From: Paraphysomonas bandaiensis
Taxonomy: Eukaryota; Protista; Chrysophyceae
DNA length: 24,329 nucleotides
Reading direction: 5' to 3'
NCBI GenBank assembly: GCA_965644295.1
Contig: CBFFRP010000344.1
Location: forward strand, 1 to 24,329
Shown here: positions 18,046-24,329 of the stretch, piece by piece
How positions within the stretch are numbered: position 1 is the stretch's first letter
Layout of the letters: each line of letters starts with the position of its first letter
The notes under the pieces: generated by a model
What the model was told of the DNA's origin: nothing
Databases searched by the model: none
Seen by the model: the letters and a program-made list of their open reading frames with translations, nothing else
Program-made: the position numbers and the translations under genes

Positions 18046-21000
18046 ATGAACCAGCCACTCGCATTCCGTCTATGTCTAGATCTCCTGGAAGCAGAGAAAG
18101 ATCTCTCCCCTGGAGGTATTCCTGCAGTAGTTGACACTCTTCGGAGGCTCTCCGAGTCCATCTCGTCGTCCTCCTTATCCACCAACACACTCCATCAGGT
18201 TACACACACACACCCATCTATAAGCTCATATACACACTAACACACACATACAGATCACTCCCATTATATTCAAGACTATCTCTAGACTGTTATCCTCCTC
18301 TATCGATGTGGGGACCTGCGCAGTGGTTCATATGAAGATGGCTGTCGCTTGTGTAGACTGTGAGCTTCAGTTAATTAAATCCTTATCAAACGGATCTAAA
18401 CTGGAGACTGTTTATCAAAATTCTAGTGATACTTTTAGTAAATTGTTGTTTCTTAATATTGCTGTACTTGAATGTGTGAAGGCGTCATCGAGTGGTTCTG
18501 ATGGGGAGCATATGCTAATCAGCTGTTTAGACTTCTTTGCTACAGTTCTCTGCACATGGGGTACACAGTTAGGATCTTCACCGGCCCTTACGGGACCCTA
18601 TTTAGCTCAACTAGTTCAATCTTGCCTTGTTTATGTCTCACATCGGTAAGGATAAATAATGCCACACAAAGTATTCATTTTGCTGTTATTATGGTTTTCG
18701 ATTATGGACAGCTTGTATAAATACTCTTTGTGATTATGAGTTAAACCCATGTAACCTAATTTACATTCTTCTAGGTCGAAGGAAGTTGCCCACAAAGCTC
18801 TTCACGTCCTGTCTGCTCTATTGTCATCATTGTATGATGGACACGTTTCTGACTGGCGAACTTTCTATCCTGGCATATTCGGTGGCTTGTATACCTCATG
18901 CTGCGCAGGCTATAAGCGGTAATTGGAATACTCAGAACTCGTTTTAGTTTATTTAACTGCGTGCTTTGTGCAGCGGCACAGCTGTTTTGGTTCTGTCGCT
19001 GGACTGTCTTTTGCGCGTGACTACTTTGGTCACTGCTGACGCTCGCAACGCACATATCATTGGCGCTTCACCTTCTACTTCTGCGTCATCCAGGGCTGCT
19101 TTTGACGAAATAGTTCGAAAAGCCTCTGGTATCAAAGACACTAATCCGACAAGCGCTATCACTAGCAGGGATACAGAGGGGAAAGGTAATATAACGCACG
19201 ACAGAGGGAGCACAGTAAATCGGAATGATGGTATGCCAATAACGGAGGCAAATCACAAGTGGCGGGCAGATACAGCCCAACGAGTTGCTCATCACCTTCC
19301 TGCTGCATTTAGGTGCTGGAAATAATCTACTTGTTAATATCTGGAATTGATATTTTTGCTCTTCAGGGTGGTCTGGTCCGGCATTCCTCCCACCGCAGTA
19401 CGTCAGCGCAAACAACTGATGTCGTCATTGTCGTGCCTCATTCAGTCCTCCTCTCTCTTTTTTGGCAGGGTTCCGACATCTGATTTCATGGTACTTCTCT
19501 TAGAGTGTACGCTTGACCCAATGCCAGAGATATCAGACTTTGCGAAGGAGCGTGTCGATGCGATGAAGTGCATACTGTCCCATGCAATGTGGACAGATCT
19601 ACAGTCATCGTTCATATCGGTACTTATAGTTTCCTTGATATTTCACGAATTGTTACTTTGGTGTTATTTCAACATTGGTTTTTTAGAGATTTGTGGATGC
19701 AGTATGGGAAGTGGGAAGGCTTGCTCCAAGTGATGGTGGCGGAAGCAAAGAAGAGGCTATAACTTCACAATTGTCTACTGCCCTGGCAAGTGGAATGGCG
19801 TTACCACGCCAGGCACTCGAGAGTTGCGTCGCTATCCTCCTTTCCTCGTCCACTACAAAGTCGGAAAGTTATGACAGCAAACACGAAGTAGTGGTACACA
19901 AACAAAGCCCTTGGAGAAAATACGAGCGGAAGTGGGGAGGACTTAGGTGTGATATCATATGATGTATGAAAGCATAGTTTTAACATCAGATACAGCTGTC
20001 TCCAGCGGCTCTTCGTTCCGGACATTTCGCCTTCCACCGGTCCAGCTAAAAGGACGTGTATTCTTTGCTCAAAGAGGTACTTTTCGAGTTCGAGGGAGAT
20101 CTATGTCGATGCGGGTTATTACAGGTGTGCATTAGATTTTGTTGCTCTTGGGATCTTATTTTTCCCAGGGCGCCCTATATGCACTTACGTGAGGGGGGTA
20201 GTATGGCAGGAAATCGTGCTAGTTCTGATGTGCCTCTACCGCCTTCAACTACTATTGGCCGAGGGATTGCGGTTGCAGCTCAATTGGCAGCACTTATTGG
20301 CTCTGTTGAGGGTACGACTGGTATACGCTTACGTAATTTCTTAGTGATTTTGTGTATAATAGTTGTGGCCGATGCCCTCGTTGAATTATGGCGATATGCT
20401 CTCAGAAAGTCGATTAAACATGCATCTCGCTCAAGCTACTTTCAACGCAATGCCAATACGGGGAGCGGAAATGACGACGATGAAGCCAGCAACTCTCACT
20501 TGAAAGATGACACACTATCCAAGACGAGTAACATTAAAATGGCTATAGCTGCCACGAATCTATTGATGTTCGCAGTGCAGCGCCAAGAAAAGGAAAATGA
20601 TGTTTGCGAAGACCCTTCATTGAATGACTTGCGCGTGGAATGTGGCTTTTGTGGAGCACCAGGTGTGAAAGGTGAAGCTGCACAGTCTTTACCTGTGAGA
20701 AAGGGTAGGGTATAAATATATTTGAGGTGACGTTTTGTAATAGCATTCCACAGAGTTACCAGTAATGTTGAGATGTTCGAAATGCAAAACGACTTATTAT
20801 TGTTCTAAATCTCACCAAATTAGTCACTGGTCTGTGCATAAGGTATACTAGATCTCCGATATATATGCCCATCCTGATCGCCATACACTAGGGTAAATGC
20901 AAAAAGACCACAGAAATTAAGACGAGGATAGTCGGTGATGATAGCATTGCTGATGACGTCAAAGTACCAAAAGTGCCTGAAAGGTTTTCTGGTTCAGCAT

Positions 21001-23944
21001 GTTCAGCGGAATTATGCAAGTCAATAATCACCTCCATAGTTTCTTTCTTGCAAGATTTTCTCTCATTGGAAACAACTTACCACAATAGTAGAAATAGTGA
21101 AACTAGTATCAATGCCACATTGATGGAATTACTTGTCTCTGGAGTACTCGAGTTACTGGCCGCGTTAGGTTGCGCCTTTCCGGAAACGCTCCGTGAGTGC
21201 TTGATGGAGGTACATCTTGTTACGCAACCTTATATCTGCCACAATGATTTTTTCCTTTCTAGGTGCTTGTTCCCTTGCTTTGTGTATGCATGCACGAAGG
21301 AGCAACTGGAAGTGGTGCTGGTTCGGTAGGAATAGCAAGACAAGCTTCTTTATCTACTTTGTCCCGTATAACTTTGGATCTGGGATATCGCTCTGGTCGG
21401 CATTTGTTGAGGTATATCATACACTAATTTTATCTTAGCTCTTACATGTCCACTAATTTTATTGAACGCTTACGCAGGCATAACCTAGATTACATTGTTG
21501 ATGAAGTGTGCTCGATCCTTCGGTTCGTTCGACGAACCGACATGCATTCGTCTGCTCTAGGTATTGGTCATCTTCACACTGGGCTCCGTGACGACAGAAT
21601 TATTCGTGTAGTTGGGGCTGTTTTCATGGAAATCAGTTCCACGGAAACTGATTCGTGTGATGCTTTACCCCATACCAGTAAATTAGTTTCGGGTGATGAT
21701 GATAGAGTTGAGATGTTGATGCGAGATATGGTGAATGATGCACTCGATGCTACGGATTCTCTTTGTTCAGATGCCACTCAATATGCTACACCAAGTACGC
21801 CGTTGATAGGGTATGTTGATGAGTTGAACGCCAGCCGTCGTGCAAAAGTAAACTTGTACTTTACTCTGATTATTGCTGACCAATGTGTTGTTTCGTAGCA
21901 CTTACTGGGTCCCCTACTCGGGCTCATGTATAGCTTAGTTGTCAGGTGTGTGGTTGTGTGATATCACTGTTATTCTTTGATAGCATCTCTGTAGAGCTTG
22001 TCTCCCCGTGTCGAACTTGCCTGAGAAATATATGCCGTCAAGTTCCAAACGCATTTTGTTTCCTTTTCCATTTGTCTTGACTTCAATGCCAAGGAACAGT
22101 GAAGTTCATGAATTACGGACAGATCGAACCAAATTGAAAGAAGACAATGGAAACGAAAGCTCTAACGTTTCATTGTCTTTTGATTACGACTATATTATTG
22201 CTTCCATCCAGAAGTTTCGAAAATCCTTAGATCGTCGCAAAGAGGTCTTTTCTGTGGTTCCTGAAGAACCAGATCTAACGTCGCCAGCAGCGGTGGTTGG
22301 GACTGAGGATGAACCAGAAGAAGCGTTTAGTGATGATGAGGAAGAAGACGCGCAGTACAAGAGGCCTCTAGAGATGATACGCAACATTCTTGAACGATGT
22401 TGCTATTTCATAGCCGTTAATGATATTCACGCCCAAGTAATTTAGTGTATAGTTATTCGTTAATTCGTTAATGTTGCTTTTTCTTTCGTCAGATAATGGT
22501 AGTAGCTACAATGACAGCGTCTTTTTCAAGACTTGCCAACAACAGGTAAATAATTCTAACCTATGACATATAGTTTATGTTTCAATGTTCGCACAGAAAA
22601 GTGCTACTGCCTGCTGCTCACAAAGCATGGCCGTCTATCATGAATCGCTTTAAGGAGCAGCGAGCGCTATTTTTATCCCCATACCTTCGTCCGTCACAAC
22701 TGGTATCGGAGTCAGGAAGTACTGTTGGGAGGTCTGCTTACCTGTTGCAACACTTACTTGATCTCGTGTCACTACTCGCTCTTATATGTGGGGACTTTAT
22801 GTCAATAAAATTTAAGGTTTGTTTATTACATTGTGTGTGCCGTAGTGTAATATTTGAAAAGGATGATCTCTGGGATGAACTTGTATTGATATTTCACGCA
22901 ATTTCGCGTGATGCGAATGACTCACTGGCCAAACACTTAGCACAGCAGCATAAACAGCTCGCGTCAATATCGGATAAACAACCAGCAATGCAAATGAAGG
23001 ATGTATTACTTGTAGAATCGAAGTCATCCGAAGGACGCGAATTGCCAAATGTTAGTCAACAATCGACGACGACGTCGAGTCTTTTCGTTCGAACAAGTCA
23101 CTCAATGGCTGATAAGTTGAAGCTAGCTATGCTGGAATGCCTCCGCCATTTAGCGGAAATCGATTTTTCTAATAGCGTCAGTCAATATGTTCGTAGAGGA
23201 AAAGAAAATAATGTAAACTCAAGTGATGAAATGTTTGGCCCTGATATAGAATTGTTTGCTGCGAGGGGAACCACGAGTTCGAATCCAATGAGAAGCATTA
23301 CGCCAGTTTGTGCGTTCTTATTACTTCCTCTTCTCGGTAGCCATGAGGTAAGGCAGATAATTTGAGAAGCTGGAGTTATATATTCATACCTATCTGCTTG
23401 TTATTATAGAAACAGTCTGTACGAGATTCCGCTGTGAAGACATTGCTATCTCTGCACAGGTATACCTATCTCAACTGCTAACTGCACCATGTTTCTTACA
23501 TACACGTACTGCAGTCTTGATAGTGCATGTGTTGGAGCCATGCTCCGAAGTGTCTACAGCAGTGGTTTTCACTCGGGTGGATTAGCCTCGAAGTACGCGG
23601 ACATCACTTCGAATACTGAGAATAGTACGCAGCTAGTAGAATCTAGAAGCACAGCAGAGTCTGTGTGGGCGGCGGTAATCACTCTCCCTGAGATTGTTGA
23701 ATCGTACCAGCGCTTTGGCAAGCTCACAGGGAATAAGAAGTCGACGTTAACGGCGAAGTATACTTCGGAGAGTAAATCTGGAGGGTTCCTTTTGAAGGAA
23801 AGGGAGGCATCAACTCGTGCCTCGGTTGGGGTTAGCAATAGTAGTTTCAATGATTCAGTTCCGAACGAGAAGGATTTGTTAAAACATTTTACACATGATA
23901 GTAGTGTTCTACTATCTATTCGACAAGTACTACTGAGGGAATGA
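18046..23944 (+). CDS. TTI1: TELO2-interacting protein 1 homolog (TTT complex HEAT-repeat subunit), ~1604 aa, ~20 exons, with an internal MYND zinc finger; exons 18046-18198, 18254-18645, 18775-18918, 18974-19312, 19367-19619, 19687-19946, 19990-20124, 20169-20311, 20363-20704, 20754-20842, 20892-21209, 21263-21411, 21478-21847, 21899-21945, 21995-22436, 22493-22545, 22597-22816, 22862-23347, 23410-23459, 23515-23944
   Basis: All introns are GT-AG and the frame is continuous (4815 nt). TTI1-type motifs appear in the expected order: WRTFYPGIFGGL, LGYRSGRHLLRHNLDYIVDEV, acidic linker EDEPEEAFSDDEEED followed by ILERCCYF, LLPAAHKAWPSIMNRF, ICGDFMSIKFKDDLW. Confidence 0.85.
20641..20900 (+). other. 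MYND-type zinc finger domain within TTI1, encoded across exons 9-11
   Basis: The spliced translation CGFC-x24-CSKC-KTTYYC-SKSH-QISHWSVH-KGKC matches the MYND pattern CxxC...CxxCxxxxYCxxx(C/H)QxxxWxxHxxxC. Introns 20705-20753 and 20843-20891 are both 49 nt and GT-AG. Confidence 0.88.
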
Positions 23945-24329
23945 ACAGTTAGGGTTAGCATTCTTAGTTTTCTAGTGGTAATATGGTATATTTTGATATG
24001 TATTTAGAAGTCGTGATAGGTGTACAGAGAATAAGTATAGGACTGTATCGTATTATAGGGTTACAGTAGAATGACATGTGCCCGATGCAGCTATAATCTG
24101 CCAAGTCTTTTAATACAGTTGAATGTCACGCCTGAAGCATAAAAATTTCCCGCTATAATTTTTTTAAAAAGTATTTAACGCAGAACATAATAGTAACCTT
24201 TGCTGAGTTTCGCCTTTTAAAATCTTCAAATCAAAGTTTCTGAAGTAATAAATTAGTCAGAGACAGGATTATATGAAATTTAATGAATACGCTATATGAG
24301 ATGGTTTACACGTTACACGAACTGTGTAT

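Noticed and set aside
18046-23944. Non-canonical splice sites, introner-like repeated introns, or several separate genes
   Set aside because: All inferred introns are GT-AG and share no evident sequence with each other, and the fragments join into one continuous frame.
23949-23958. ttagggttag telomere-like 10-mer just after the TTI1 stop
   Set aside because: It is under two repeat units and not an array, so it is compatible with chance or a telo-box.

Overview
Eukaryotic, AT-leaning genomic DNA with many short GT-AG introns (mostly 44-80 nt) and TATG-type microsatellites. The gene content and architecture suggest a protist, possibly a stramenopile (inference only). Splicing by hand gives seven protein-coding genes: an intronless Hsp31/DJ-1-PfpI glyoxalase-III-like gene (+), an intronless 721-aa armadillo-repeat gene (+), a 7-exon GDA1/CD39 apyrase (+), a 3-exon SPFH/band-7 protein (-), an 8-exon XPR1/SYG1/PHO1-type SPX-EXS phosphate exporter (-), an intronless PAPS-dependent sulfotransferase (-) and a ~20-exon TTI1 homolog (+). 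The points most worth following up are: (1) a complete MYND zinc finger, split over three exons and largely missed by the ORF track, inserted in the middle of TTI1; (2) an XPR1-like protein whose SPX domain appears to have lost most inositol-pyrophosphate-binding lysines; (3) an unexplained ~770-bp foldback element between two convergent genes, with one arm interrupted by a 182-bp insertion flanked by a perfect 18-bp direct repeat. All family assignments rest on motifs recognised by eye. No searches were run.
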